Shown: piece after piece, positions 20,828 through 30,952 of the stretch
How positions within the stretch are numbered: position 1 is the stretch's first letter
Layout: each line of letters begins with the position of its first letter
From: Candidatus Poribacteria bacterium
GTDB taxonomy: Bacteria; Poribacteria; WGA-4E; JAJDTR01
Direction of reading: 5' to 3'
Assembly (NCBI GenBank): GCA_965222225.1
Contig: CBDCTK010000002.1
Span: 4,416,001-4,480,000 of the forward strand
Length of the DNA: 64,000 nucleotides
The notes under the pieces: generated by a model
Databases searched by the model: none
Told to the model about the DNA's origin: nothing
The model's input: only the letters and a program-made list of their open reading frames with translations
Position numbers and translations under genes: made by a program

Positions 20828-20869
20828 TTGATACATTGACGCCAAGTTGTTATAATGCAATCGCGTCAA
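20828..20869 (+). promoter_or_regulatory. Sigma70 promoter with an overlapping inverted repeat
   Basis: TTGATA-17-TATAAT with extended TG; TTGACGC-N20-GCGTCAA brackets the -10 box. Confidence 0.55.
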
Positions 20870-20894
20870 AATGATACGCGAAAGGAGTCAAATT

Positions 20895-21659
20895 ATGCCT
20901 ACATCACAAATTGCAGCACAACTTTATACCGTGCGTGATTTCACTAAAACACCGACTGATATCGCCCAGACGCTAAACAAGGTGAAGCAACTCGGATACG
21001 ATGCCGTTCAATGTTCAGCACTTGGTCCAATCGAGACAGCCGAATTGAAACGACTGGTTGATGGAGAAGGATTGAGCATTTGCGCCACGCACGCCGACTA
21101 TGAGCGAATGCGCACTGAACCCCAGTCCGTCATTGATGAACATCAACTTCTAGGTTGTAAGTATGTGGCGATTAGCAGCATGCCCGGGTCTGAACGCAGC
21201 GCCGAAGGGTTTGCGCGTTTCGCCAAGGAAGCCTCTGAAGTGGCGCAGCGTCTCGCCGAAGGTGGACTTGTAGTGTCATATCATAACCACAGCTTTGAGT
21301 TAGAGCGATTTGACGGACGTACCGGCTTGGAAATTTTATGCGATGAAAGCAATCCGGATCTCCTCAAGAGTGAGCTTGATACGTACTGGATTCAACACGG
21401 GGGCGGCGATCCGGCGGCATGGATTCGCAAATTAAAAGGGCGTATTCCAACAATTCACGTCAAGGATATGGAGATGCAGGGGAGCACTCAACTTTTTGCC
21501 GAGGTGGGAGAAGGCAATCTGAATTGGTCGGCAATTCTTGAGGCGTGTAAAGAGGCGAGCGTGCAATGGTACATCGTTGAGCAGGACACCTGCCAGCGCG
21601 ATCCATTTGAGAGTTTGGGAATCAGTTTGAGCAATTTGAAGGGGATGGGAGTTGAGTAG
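20895..21659 (+). CDS. Sugar phosphate isomerase/epimerase (AP endonuclease 2 TIM barrel)
   Basis: QLYTVRD, YHNHSFE, ELDTYW, IHVKD, VEQD; AAGGAG RBS before ATG 20895. Confidence 0.9.
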   Translation: MPTSQIAAQLYTVRDFTKTPTDIAQTLNKVKQLGYDAVQCSALGPIETAELKRLVDGEGLSICATHADYERMRTEPQSVIDEHQLLGCKYVAISSMPGSERSAEGFARFAKEASEVAQRLAEGGLVVSYHNHSFELERFDGRTGLEILCDESNPDLLKSELDTYWIQHGGGDPAAWIRKLKGRIPTIHVKDMEMQGSTQLFAEVGEGNLNWSAILEACKEASVQWYIVEQDTCQRDPFESLGISLSNLKGMGVE

Positions 21660-21979
21660 GATAAAGGTCATGAGGGATTGAAAGTCCATTTCTCCGTTTG
21701 AGGGCGATAGTATCTAATTTTTGGTTATTGAAGCGTTACTTACGTCGTTCTAGGCGTGACGCGCATTGAGAAAAGGAGAGGGTGTGAAAAAAGAACCCCG
21801 GTTTTCAAGAAAACACTGGGGTTCGATGCACATGCAAGTAAACCACATCCGCAGCAAGAGGAAGTCGCGATTCGGAGATCGCTCGCTCCTACCGGGTCGT
21901 GATTTGTTCGCTTGATTTCCTAAAATTAGACTTACGCACTTCCATAGCTGAATTGGGCAAGACGGTTTAGAATTTTTGC

Positions 21980-22008
21980 TTGCATAATCCTTCAAGTTAT
22001 GATACCAT
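21980..22008 (+). promoter_or_regulatory. Putative sigma70 promoter of the rimP-nusA-infB operon
   Basis: TTGCAT-17-TACCAT with extended TG. Confidence 0.45.
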
Positions 22009-22207
22009 GTAAATCCAGCCGCGAAGAACCTTTCCATGAGTACAGGGAAAAGCATCGCGGTTTTTTTGTGCGTCTGGCACCGCTGACAATTGTTTTATCG
22101 CCAATGTGGAGAGGCCTGAAATAACAGGCGGAAAGCGCGTTAATGGCGTGCTGGAAGTGCCTTTGTACGTTTGGCCGTCCGTCCAAGCTTGGTGAGTGGC
22201 ATTATTT

Positions 22208-22242
22208 CGAGAGTGGGATGTTATTCCCGCTCTTTTATTTTT
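22208..22242 (+). promoter_or_regulatory. rimP (yhbC/ylxS) leader hairpin / attenuator
   Basis: GAGTGGGA-TGTTAT-TCCCGCTC followed by TTTTATTTTT just upstream of rimP; matches the conserved GAGTGGG...CCC(A/G)CTC leader. Confidence 0.7.
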
Positions 22243-22259
22243 AGCACCCGAATTTCAAA

Positions 22260-22718
22260 ATGACATCTTTGTTGAAATCCTCAATGATCGAACTGTTGTC
22301 GCCTGTGCTCGGTCGGGAGGGAATTGAGTTAGTTGATGCCGAGCTTCTGGGTAAAAATAGGACAACGACGGTACGGTTTCTGATTTACAAGCCCGGCGGT
22401 ACAACTGTTAGAGATTGCCAAAGGGTGAGTCGCATGGTTCATCCAATCCTTGAAGTTCACGGTTTGATAGATAGCGGAGTAACCCTTGAAGTTGCTTCAC
22501 CGGGGATTGACAGACCGCTTGCCACCGAGGCAGATTTTCGCAGGAATATTGGACGGGCAGTTCAGATAGAAACAGCCTCCGCAACAGGAGAATCACTGCA
22601 ATTGAGTGGGACCGTGATGGATGTCAAGGGCGGAATAGTTCGCCTTGATGAATCTGGGAAAATAACCGAACTTCAAATTTCAACCATCATTAGAGCTCAA
22701 ATCCAACTGATGTGGTAA
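22260..22718 (+). CDS. rimP: Ribosome maturation factor RimP
   Basis: DCQRVSR, TLEVASPGIDRPL; first gene before nusA. Confidence 0.95.
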   Translation: MTSLLKSSMIELLSPVLGREGIELVDAELLGKNRTTTVRFLIYKPGGTTVRDCQRVSRMVHPILEVHGLIDSGVTLEVASPGIDRPLATEADFRRNIGRAVQIETASATGESLQLSGTVMDVKGGIVRLDESGKITELQISTIIRAQIQLMW

Positions 22719-22747
22719 CATATTGGGTGGGTAGTGGAGAATAAATC

Positions 22748-24031
22748 ATGACAAATGATTTGTTGATGATTGTTCGTCAAATCATGGATCAGACAGAATT
22801 ACCGCAGGAGACCTTCATTGAAGCAATAGAAGCTGCGCTCTATTCCGCAGCGAAGAGACGTTACGGCTCAACACACGGGGTTTCAATCAAAATAGATCCC
22901 GAGTTACGCGAGATCGAATGTTATGTGCCCAAGAAGGTCGTCGAAATCATGAAGAATTTCGCTAAAGAGATTCCGATTGAGGAGGCGGTAAAACTGAAAC
23001 CCGACGCCCAACTCGACGACATGCTCGAGGTTGAAGTAGATCCTAAAGAGTTTGGAAGAATTGAGGCTCAGACAGCACGTCAAATCCTCGTTCAGAAAAT
23101 CAAGGAAGCGGAACGACAACAGATCTATGAGGAGTACAAAGACCGCGAGGGCGAGGTTGTTGCGGGACACGTGCAGCGCATGGAGCGCGGGAGTCTTATC
23201 CTTGATTTGGAACGGACGGAAGGGGTGTTGCCGTTTAGCGAAATGCCTCATCCGAACAATTTCCAGCGGAATGACGTTTTGAAGTGCCTTATCTTGGAAG
23301 TTCAAGATAGTGTCAAAGGACCGCAGGTTGTCCTCTCTCGCACTCACAAGACTTTGGTTGCCCGTTTATTTGAGATGGAAGTTCCCGAGATGTATGATGG
23401 GCTCGTCCTCGTGAAAGCTATTGAACGAGATCCGGGCGATCGCGCGAAAGTCGCCGTTACCGCGACTGTCGGCGATATAGACGCGGTCGGAACGTGTGTC
23501 GGAGTCAAGGGGTCTCGCGTTCAAACGGTTGTGCGAGAATTAGATGGCGAGAGAATTGATCTCCTTGAGTGGGATGAGAATCCCAAAGTGTTTATAGCCA
23601 ATGCGCTGCAGCCCGCCAAGGTAACTCGCGTCACGATTGGTGAAGACGGCAATGCAGAAGTTATTGTTCCGGACGATCAGCTTTCGTTAGCGATTGGGAG
23701 ACGCGGACAGAACGCCCGGCTTGCAGCACGGTTGACGGGATGGAAAATTGATATCAAGAGTGAGTCTGAAGCAGGTTTGCAATTCAAGGAAGAGATTGTT
23801 GGTGAACTCTTTGGAACAGAGCCCGAGGCAACCTCCGCAGATACAGAGCTAGACTTGGCCGAGTTAGACGGAGTCGGCGCAAAAATTGCCGCCGTCCTTA
23901 AAGATTCCGCGTTTCCAACCGTAGAACTTGTTGCCAAGGCCTCGTTGGAAGATTTGTCATCTATCCCTGGCGTTGGCGTCAAGACGGCTGAGAAGATTCA
24001 ACGTTCCGCATTGGAGCTGATTGGGCCCTAG
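22748..24031 (+). CDS. nusA: Transcription termination factor NusA
   Basis: FGRIEAQTARQ, S1 and KH domains, AIGRRGQNARLAARLTGWKIDI, C-terminal HhH. Confidence 0.98.
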   Translation: MTNDLLMIVRQIMDQTELPQETFIEAIEAALYSAAKRRYGSTHGVSIKIDPELREIECYVPKKVVEIMKNFAKEIPIEEAVKLKPDAQLDDMLEVEVDPKEFGRIEAQTARQILVQKIKEAERQQIYEEYKDREGEVVAGHVQRMERGSLILDLERTEGVLPFSEMPHPNNFQRNDVLKCLILEVQDSVKGPQVVLSRTHKTLVARLFEMEVPEMYDGLVLVKAIERDPGDRAKVAVTATVGDIDAVGTCVGVKGSRVQTVVRELDGERIDLLEWDENPKVFIANALQPAKVTRVTIGEDGNAEVIVPDDQLSLAIGRRGQNARLAARLTGWKIDIKSESEAGLQFKEEIVGELFGTEPEATSADTELDLAELDGVGAKIAAVLKDSAFPTVELVAKASLEDLSSIPGVGVKTAEKIQRSALELIGP

Positions 24032-24079
24032 AGGAATTTAAAGAGAGAATCAACGAAGTTTCTAGCGCTAGGAGGTAGC

Positions 24080-24379
24080 GTGGCTGCTATTGCTTTACGT
24101 ACCTGTATTGGGTGCCGAGGAAAATTTCCCAAGAAAACGTTGCTACGATTCGTGTGCCATTTAGATTCATGCTTCCGAGCGGATGGAACAGGTAAACTTC
24201 CCGGGCGTGGGGCATATGTGTGCGAATCACAGGTTTGTATTGCGGAGGCATTCAAGTCGCACAAGCGGGTCAATTCGCTGTTGCGAAGAAATTTCTCGAA
24301 AGAGATTGTTATGCAGTTCAAACAGGAGCTTTTAAATTCGGTGAGTCAAGATAGCGCAAGAGGGGGAGGACATCAATGA
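24080..24379 (+). CDS. ylxR: YlxR/RnpM-family RNA-binding protein (DUF448)
   Basis: RTCIGC...LLRFV...GRGAYVC...C; lies between nusA and infB. Confidence 0.9.
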   Translation: MAAIALRTCIGCRGKFPKKTLLRFVCHLDSCFRADGTGKLPGRGAYVCESQVCIAEAFKSHKRVNSLLRRNFSKEIVMQFKQELLNSVSQDSARGGGHQ

Positions 24380-26454
24380 GAAAACGCAATGAGAAAAAGA
24401 AACCATCCACCACTAAAAAGCCGGCAGAAGAAACGAAGAACCTCCGAATCTATGAGCTTGCAAAGCAGTATGGGATAACTAGCAAGGAACTGATCGAAGA
24501 CCTGCAACGCTATGGCATTTCAGTCAAGAATCATATGAGTTCTCTTGACGCCGAGACGATTGCGCTTATCGAAGCCGAGCGCAAAGGAGCGGAATCAGCC
24601 AAGCCAAAAAAGCCTAAAGAAAAGGAAACGCCGGATTCCAAGCCTTCTCGTGACAAACCCGCCAAGGCAGTTATCGAATCGAAACAGCCTAAACCGGATG
24701 AATCTGGGCGATTGCAAATTCAGGAGAACGTCACGGTTGCGGATTTGGCTTCAACCTTGGGCCGCCGACCGCCGGAGATGATTATGCGCTTGATGAAGTT
24801 GGGCATAATGGCAAATGTGAACCAACGTCTGAGTTATGCAGCCCTCCAAGCGATTGGTGATACGTTTGATTTCGACGCTGTCCGCGAATTGACGTTAGCA
24901 GAAAAGCTGCTAGTGGATGAAGAGGATGATCCGGCAGACATGCTTCCACGCGCGCCGGTAACCACGATTATGGGTCATGTAGACCACGGTAAAACTTCTC
25001 TACTGGATGCAATTCGAGAGTCGAACGTCATGGAATCCGAGGCGGGGAATATCACCCAACATATCGGCGCCTATAATGTAAAGCTTGAAACTGGAAACGT
25101 CGTTTTTCTTGATACGCCGGGACATGCGGCTTTCACCGCCATGCGCGCGCGCGGGGCGCAAGTGACGGATGTCGTTGTTCTTGTCGTGGCTGCGGACGAT
25201 GGCATTATGCCACAGACAATTGAGGCAATTAGCCATGCAAAAGCAGCCGATGTCCCAATTGTTGTTGCAATCAATAAAATTGATGTGGCAGGCGCCCGGG
25301 TTGACTATGTGAAGGAGCAGTTAGGAAATCAAAATCTAGTACCTGAAGAGTGGGGTGGGCAGACGGTATTCGTTGAAATCTCGGCCAAAGAGAAGATAGG
25401 TATCGATTTCCTTTTGGAGATGCTACTGCTAGAAGCCGAATTGCTTGAATTAAAGGCAAATCCGAACGGGCCCGCACGCGGCACTGTTGTCGAGGCGAAA
25501 TTGGATAAAGGGCGCGGTCCTGTTGCAACCGTGCTTATGCAAAACGGAACGTTGAAAGTAGGGAATGCATTCGTCGCCGGACGCTATTATGGAAAAGTTC
25601 GAGCGATGATGGACGACCTTGGACATCGTATCAAAGTGGTAGGACCGTCAACTCCGGTAGAGGTTTTGGGTTTCACGGGGGTTCCCGAGGCGGGGGACCG
25701 ATTCTATGCCGTCGAATCCGAGAAGGATGCAAAAGCGATTAGCGATTCTCGACAGGAAGAACATCGACAAATCCAGCTCGGATCACATAGCCACGTCAGC
25801 TTGGAAGACCTGTTCCAACACATTCAAGAGGGTGAAATCAAGGAATTGAACATCATTGTTAAAGGTGATGTTCAAGGGTCGGTGCAGGCGGTCTCCGATG
25901 AATTAAACAAGTTGAGCACAGATGAGGTTAAGATTAATGTCATCCACCAAGCCGTCGGCGGAATTACAGAACCGGACATTTTGTTGGCTTCGGCTTCGAA
26001 TGCGATCGTCGTCGGATTCAACGTGCATCCCACGACGGGAGCTGCGCAACTAAAAGAGACCGAGAAAATTGATGTGCGAACTTACAACGTCATCTACAAT
26101 CTGATTTCCGATGTTCACTCAGCCATGGAAGGACTATTAGATCCGGAAGTCCGTGAGGTGGTCATCGGTAGAGCTGTGGTGCGAGACTTATTCAATGTGC
26201 CGCGGGTGGGAACCGCTGCGGGTAGCTATGTCAATTGGGGACGAGTGGCGCATAACCAGCCGGTGCGAGTATTGCGCGATAACCGTCTGGTCTATGATGG
26301 CAAGGTCGGTTCGCTCCGTCGATTCAAAGAGAATGTCAATGAAGTCCAAGCCAATTACGAATGTGGTGTCGGTATCAATGACTTCTCGGACTTCAAGGTT
26401 AACGATGTATTAGAATGTTATGTCTACGAACACATTCGCCGCTCTCTCAAGTAG
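24376..26454 (+). CDS. infB: Translation initiation factor IF-2
   Basis: [38 protein letters not shown]. Confidence 0.99.
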   Translation: MRKRNEKKKPSTTKKPAEETKNLRIYELAKQYGITSKELIEDLQRYGISVKNHMSSLDAETIALIEAERKGAESAKPKKPKEKETPDSKPSRDKPAKAVIESKQPKPDESGRLQIQENVTVADLASTLGRRPPEMIMRLMKLGIMANVNQRLSYAALQAIGDTFDFDAVRELTLAEKLLVDEEDDPADMLPRAPVTTIMGHVDHGKTSLLDAIRESNVMESEAGNITQHIGAYNVKLETGNVVFLDTPGHAAFTAMRARGAQVTDVVVLVVAADDGIMPQTIEAISHAKAADVPIVVAINKIDVAGARVDYVKEQLGNQNLVPEEWGGQTVFVEISAKEKIGIDFLLEMLLLEAELLELKANPNGPARGTVVEAKLDKGRGPVATVLMQNGTLKVGNAFVAGRYYGKVRAMMDDLGHRIKVVGPSTPVEVLGFTGVPEAGDRFYAVESEKDAKAISDSRQEEHRQIQLGSHSHVSLEDLFQHIQEGEIKELNIIVKGDVQGSVQAVSDELNKLSTDEVKINVIHQAVGGITEPDILLASASNAIVVGFNVHPTTGAAQLKETEKIDVRTYNVIYNLISDVHSAMEGLLDPEVREVVIGRAVVRDLFNVPRVGTAAGSYVNWGRVAHNQPVRVLRDNRLVYDGKVGSLRRFKENVNEVQANYECGVGINDFSDFKVNDVLECYVYEHIRRSLK

Positions 26455-26497
26455 AGACGGAGTATCCGCGCAGGGTGTCGAATAATCAAGAATACGC

Positions 26498-26779
26498 ATG
26501 CGAGTCGGTGTTTGCAGGATTTTCCTGAGAATCCCGGAAAACCAGTCTCTAAAGCAGAAACGTCAGGTCGTGAAGAGCATTATTGACCGGGTAAAGAATC
26601 GGTTCAATGTCGCAATTGCGGAAGTTGATGCTCTTAATTCTCATCAAACCGTGGTTCTCGGAGCCGTGACCGTTTCAAACGATTCTAGACACGTCAACCG
26701 TGTCTTGTCACATGTCGTGAGCTATATTGAAGATACCGCCTCAACAGAATTGACCGACTACGAAATTGAGTTGACCTGA
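26498..26779 (+). CDS. ylxP: DUF503 / YlxP-family protein
   Basis: SLKQKRQVVKSIIDRVKNRFNVAIAEV; lies between infB and rbfA. Confidence 0.9.
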   Translation: MRVGVCRIFLRIPENQSLKQKRQVVKSIIDRVKNRFNVAIAEVDALNSHQTVVLGAVTVSNDSRHVNRVLSHVVSYIEDTASTELTDYEIELT

Positions 26780-26793
26780 GAGGGTGAGTCGAA

Positions 26794-27174
26794 ATGTTGG
26801 AATATACACGTTCGGATCGTGTGGGGGCGCTCCTGCAAAGAGAGTTGAGCGATATTATCCATCGTTCTCTTAAGGATCCGCGCGTCGGTTTCTGCACCGT
26901 GGGCCATGTCGAAGTGTCCTCAGACCTGAAATATGCCGATGTCTTAGTTAGCGTAGTGGGCGACAATAAACAGAAGCAGGCTACGCTTGCGGGCTTGAGA
27001 AGCGCCAGTGGTTTCCTGAGGCGTGAAGTCGGGAATCGAATCGACTTGCGTTATACTCCCGAACTCCGTTTCGCGCTGGACAAATCCGCAGACCATCTAA
27101 TGAAGATAGACCGTCTCCTTAAGCAAGTACAACAAGACACGGAAGAAGATGGGCACGTGACAACCGGCGAGTAG
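26794..27174 (+). CDS. rbfA: Ribosome-binding factor A
   Basis: RSDRV...LKDPR...VSSDLKYA...LRYTPELRF. Confidence 0.97.
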   Translation: MLEYTRSDRVGALLQRELSDIIHRSLKDPRVGFCTVGHVEVSSDLKYADVLVSVVGDNKQKQATLAGLRSASGFLRREVGNRIDLRYTPELRFALDKSADHLMKIDRLLKQVQQDTEEDGHVTTGE

Positions 27175-27176
27175 CC

Positions 27177-28175
27177 ATGGAAGACTATCAAGCGATTTTA
27201 GATGTATTCGACCAACACGACTCTTTTGCCCTGTCAGTCCATATCAATCCCGATGGGGACGCATTTGGCTCACAGCTGGCACTCTATTCCTTTCTCCGAG
27301 ATCTAGGAAAGCAGGTCCGAGTCTTCAATACGGACGTGGTTCCCGCCAACTACCACTTTCTCCCTTTCAGCGAAGTCATTCAAGGTCCTGACGACGTTCA
27401 GGGCTATTCTCCCGAGGTTCTTGTCATTCTTGATGCCAGTACCCGACGCCGAATCGGTGACAAATTGTGTCAAACGCTCGTTCCGACCAAAGCGGTCGTC
27501 AACATAGACCACCACGATACCGGCGATCGTTTCGGTGATTATAACCTTGTAGAGACAACCGCCTCGTCAACATCAGAGATTATTTATCGCCTAATCAAAC
27601 ATCGTGAGATGCCTATCGGCAAAGATCGCGCGCTTTGTCTCTATACCGGTATCATGTTCGATACCGGTTGCTTTCGATACAGCAACTCCGCTCCAGTTGC
27701 GCATCGGATTGCGGCAGAGCTCATCGAACAGGGCGGTTTTCCCGTAGATGTGGTATATCGCCAGGTGTATGAATCGGTTCCGCTGGGGAAGATGCGACTT
27801 TTGGCAGAGGTGTTGCACACATTGAGTCTGACCCCAGACGGCAAAATCGGGTGGTTATGTGCAACACGAGAGATGTTTCGGAAAACCGGCACCACTCCCG
27901 ATGACGTAGAGGGCTTCGTGAATCACATTCGCGCGATTGATACTGTCGAGGTTTCGATTTTTGTGAGCGAACTAGAGGATGGGACATCGAAAGCCAGTTT
28001 GCGAAGCGAGGCTTATGTTGATGTTGGCAAAGTCGCCGCTGAGTTTGAAGGAGGCGGGCACCAACGCGCCTCCGGGTGCGAAATCAATGCACCGCATCAA
28101 TTGGCAGTTGAACGACTTGTTGCAAACGCTCAAAAACGAATAAAGTCCACCACAAACGGTAACTCTGGGAAGTAA
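27177..28175 (+). CDS. nrnA: DHH/DHHA1 oligoribonuclease / pAp phosphatase
   Basis: HINPDGDAFGS, NIDHH, DTGCF, SLRS, GGGHQRASG. Confidence 0.92.
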   Translation: MEDYQAILDVFDQHDSFALSVHINPDGDAFGSQLALYSFLRDLGKQVRVFNTDVVPANYHFLPFSEVIQGPDDVQGYSPEVLVILDASTRRRIGDKLCQTLVPTKAVVNIDHHDTGDRFGDYNLVETTASSTSEIIYRLIKHREMPIGKDRALCLYTGIMFDTGCFRYSNSAPVAHRIAAELIEQGGFPVDVVYRQVYESVPLGKMRLLAEVLHTLSLTPDGKIGWLCATREMFRKTGTTPDDVEGFVNHIRAIDTVEVSIFVSELEDGTSKASLRSEAYVDVGKVAAEFEGGGHQRASGCEINAPHQLAVERLVANAQKRIKSTTNGNSGK

Positions 28176-28231
28176 CTCGGCAGTGCCGTAGGTCTTAACC
28201 GGCTATCTCCGGGTATAGGCTGATAGTCATT

Positions 28232-28966
28232 ATGCAGGTAGACGGCGTCTTTAATCTAAATAAACCACCAAGAATGACCTCCAGACAAGCCGTCGATCGA
28301 GTGAAACATGTCCTGAAAGTCCCGAAGGCTGGACACGGAGGCACATTGGATCCCGATGCCACAGGCGTTTTACTCGTCTGCTTGGGCAAGGCAACGAAGT
28401 TGTTCGATTGGCTACAAAAGGGAACCAAAGAGTACGAAGGCACACTTAGGTTGGGGATTACGACAGATACGCTTGATGCCAGTGGCAGAGTCCAAAAGGT
28501 GTCCGATGTTGGACAGGTTGCCGCGGAAGAAATCCGGGTTATTGCTCGACAATTTGTAGGCGAGATTGAGCAAGCGGTCCCCATGTTTTCAGCCGTAAAG
28601 CACAAAGGCAAGCGGTTGTACAAGTTGGCTCATCAAGGCGTCGCGTTGGACGAATTGCCGAAGCGAACTGTTCGCGTCAAATCACTTGAGATTTTATCGG
28701 TATGTCCGCCGGATGTTCGATTCCGAGTCGTGTGCTCGAAGGGCACATACATTCGTGTCCTCGCTGCGGATATTGGAGCATCCCTCGGGTGCGGGGCTCA
28801 TCTCTCACAGCTAACTCGCACGCGTTCAGGGGATTTCACGCTCGAATCGTCTCATACGCTTGATTGGCTTGAGGAGCAGTCATCTCAAGTTTACGAGGCT
28901 GTTATCCCAATGGATGCTGTGTTTGAAATGGGTGCCAAGACGGCAGAAAACACAGATTATCGCTAA
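28232..28966 (+). CDS. truB: tRNA pseudouridine(55) synthase
   Basis: GHGGTLDPDATGVL, PMFSAVK..GKRLY, CSKGTYIR; short form lacking the C-terminal PUA domain. Confidence 0.97.
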   Translation: MQVDGVFNLNKPPRMTSRQAVDRVKHVLKVPKAGHGGTLDPDATGVLLVCLGKATKLFDWLQKGTKEYEGTLRLGITTDTLDASGRVQKVSDVGQVAAEEIRVIARQFVGEIEQAVPMFSAVKHKGKRLYKLAHQGVALDELPKRTVRVKSLEILSVCPPDVRFRVVCSKGTYIRVLAADIGASLGCGAHLSQLTRTRSGDFTLESSHTLDWLEEQSSQVYEAVIPMDAVFEMGAKTAENTDYR

Positions 28967-29090
28967 GTGTTTAGTGTCACCGGAATCTTGGCTCGGCTAG
29001 TAATGCGTATCGCATAGAAGCGCTCCTCTTGAATCGTACTTTTCCGGGTCGTGATTGGCATTTCCAATCCGATGCCTTAGGGACTGAAGT

Positions 29091-30020
29091 TTGCAGATTT
29101 ACTACAATCTGGAAGATATTCCTGTATTTAATCAAGACTCGGTTGCGACCTTCGGCGTGTTCGACGGATTGCACCTCGGGCACCAAGCTGTCATTCACCA
29201 AGTAGTCAGAGATGCAACCGCTCGTGACCTTTCGAGTACCGTGCTTGGGTTTTATCCCCATCCGATGGCGTTTCTCGCTCCCGAAAGATGCCCGCCAATC
29301 CTTACTTCCCGACGAAAACGGCTTGAGCTTCTTGAAGAGTTGGGCGTTGACATCGCGATCTTTGTTCGGTTCGACGCATATTTAGCAGAGATGTCACCAA
29401 GCACTTTTGTCCAAGACGTACTTATTGGCAAATTACGTGCCCGGCAGGTCATTGTCGGATACGCGTGTCAATTTGGCAAGAGTCGGTCGGGAAATGCAGA
29501 GGTTTTGCAGTCGCTAGGCGCGCAGAATAACCTTGATGTAACAATTATGCCCCCAACAATGGTTGGAGGTATGCCGGTCCATAGCACCCGTGTCCGAGAA
29601 GTTGTGGTACAAGGTAAAATGAAACTTGCCGCACAGCTGCTTGAACGCCCTCACTCTATCATCGGCAGAATTGTTCGAGGCGATGGTCGAGGCCGCCAAC
29701 TCGGGTATCCGACAGCTAACATTCACGCCGAGAATCAGATTCATCCTCCAAACGGTGTCTATGCCATTCAGGCTAAACTGGAGGACAGGCTCTGCGGGGG
29801 AATACTGAATATGGGGATGCGACCAACCGTTGATGGACTGAAGTTTCAAATCGAGGCACACTTATTCAACTTTAATGAGGATGTGTACGACAGGGAGATT
29901 GAAATCTTTTTCATCAAGAATGTCCGTGATGAACGGAAATTTCCTGACCTGGAATCCTTGGTGAAGCAGATTGATCGGGATGTCGAAATTGCACACGGCA
30001 TTCTAGATGCCGAAACGTGA
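29091..30020 (+). CDS. ribF: Bifunctional riboflavin kinase / FAD synthetase
   Basis: GVFDGLHLGHQ, HSTRVR, GRQLGYPTAN, GMRPT, IEAHL; TTG start. Confidence 0.97.
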   Translation: MQIYYNLEDIPVFNQDSVATFGVFDGLHLGHQAVIHQVVRDATARDLSSTVLGFYPHPMAFLAPERCPPILTSRRKRLELLEELGVDIAIFVRFDAYLAEMSPSTFVQDVLIGKLRARQVIVGYACQFGKSRSGNAEVLQSLGAQNNLDVTIMPPTMVGGMPVHSTRVREVVVQGKMKLAAQLLERPHSIIGRIVRGDGRGRQLGYPTANIHAENQIHPPNGVYAIQAKLEDRLCGGILNMGMRPTVDGLKFQIEAHLFNFNEDVYDREIEIFFIKNVRDERKFPDLESLVKQIDRDVEIAHGILDAET

Positions 30021-30125
30021 GGGATGTCACCTAGTATTCGTCTTGGCAATTTTCGCTGATAGAACTAGGAGATGTTAGAAGAAACTGAAAAAATTGATAT
30101 GCACGGTGAGAGCACACGTGGAACA

Positions 30126-30352
30126 TCGGACTAGCGAATCCGAGTGTGCGGTCTGGATTTGCCAATCCAGACCGAGCAGTTAGGGAGACGCCGAACAGAG
30201 TGACACAATACAAATCCCGATGAATTGGAGTTGAAGGGTCTGTTTGAATACTGGTGACACAGTTTATTAGTCGGCTAGGCGGTTTACGCGGTGTGCTGTT
30301 CCCGCGGTTTGACAACCTCATCGGCCAAAGCTTGGATTTGTCAATCCAAGCT
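30126..30352. repeat. Cluster of GGATTTG(C/T)CAATCC hairpins
   Basis: CGGTCTGGATT-TGCC-AATCCAGACCG (30149-30174), AGCTTGGATT-TGTC-AATCCAAGCT (30329-30352), degenerate copy at 30126-30143. Confidence 0.6.
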
Positions 30353-30627
30353 GAGTGGGAAACAGCTATGAGTGTCTCGCGTCTGTCTGACTATTACAAG
30401 AATAGTGGCAAAGCCGTTTTTGGTCATTCGAGTTCCAATAAAATAAGCTAAAGATGCCATATTCAATTTGATACTCGCAGATTCCTCACCGCTAGAATCA
30501 GGTGCGATTGTCCAGCAAGCTGTCGATCTTTCCCTTTCGCAATTGTGACACGGTGTGATATAATCACAATATGTACCAACCATGCAGAAAGAAGTGAAGC
30601 ATCTACTGGATAAGGAGGTGAATCTAG

Positions 30628-30918
30628 GTGGCACTCAACGCAGAAAAGAAGGGCGAACTGCTCCAAACATACAGGCAGCACGAAAAGGATACCGGGTCGC
30701 CAGAAGCCCAAGTGGCATTAATCAATACTCGGATTCGACAATTGACCGATCATTTTCGCACGCACAAGAAGGACCATCATTCAAGATACGGACTCTTCAA
30801 ACTTGTGGGAAAACAACGTCGATTATTACGCTACCTTTACAAGAAGAACAGTCAACGATATTATCATCTTATTAATCAACTCGGAATACGGGACACACTA
30901 GGATCAAGAGGGAATTGA
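30628..30918 (+). CDS. rpsO: 30S ribosomal protein S15
   Basis: DTGSPEAQVA, HKKDHHSRYGL, LGIR; GGAGGTG RBS before GTG. Confidence 0.98.
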   Translation: MALNAEKKGELLQTYRQHEKDTGSPEAQVALINTRIRQLTDHFRTHKKDHHSRYGLFKLVGKQRRLLRYLYKKNSQRYYHLINQLGIRDTLGSRGN

Positions 30919-30952
30919 ACATCCACCGTAGGAGTGTTGAGGAGGAAACAAA

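Noticed and set aside
22015-22200. tRNA-Met or SRP RNA upstream of rimP
   Set aside because: No cloverleaf or TTCGA T-loop with CCA end, and no SRP CAGG-GNRA-AGCA motif
30555-30569. TGTGA-TATAA-TCACA palindrome as a CRP/Rex site before rpsO
   Set aside because: The spacer is 5 bp rather than 6 and it overlaps a likely -10 box; may be chance
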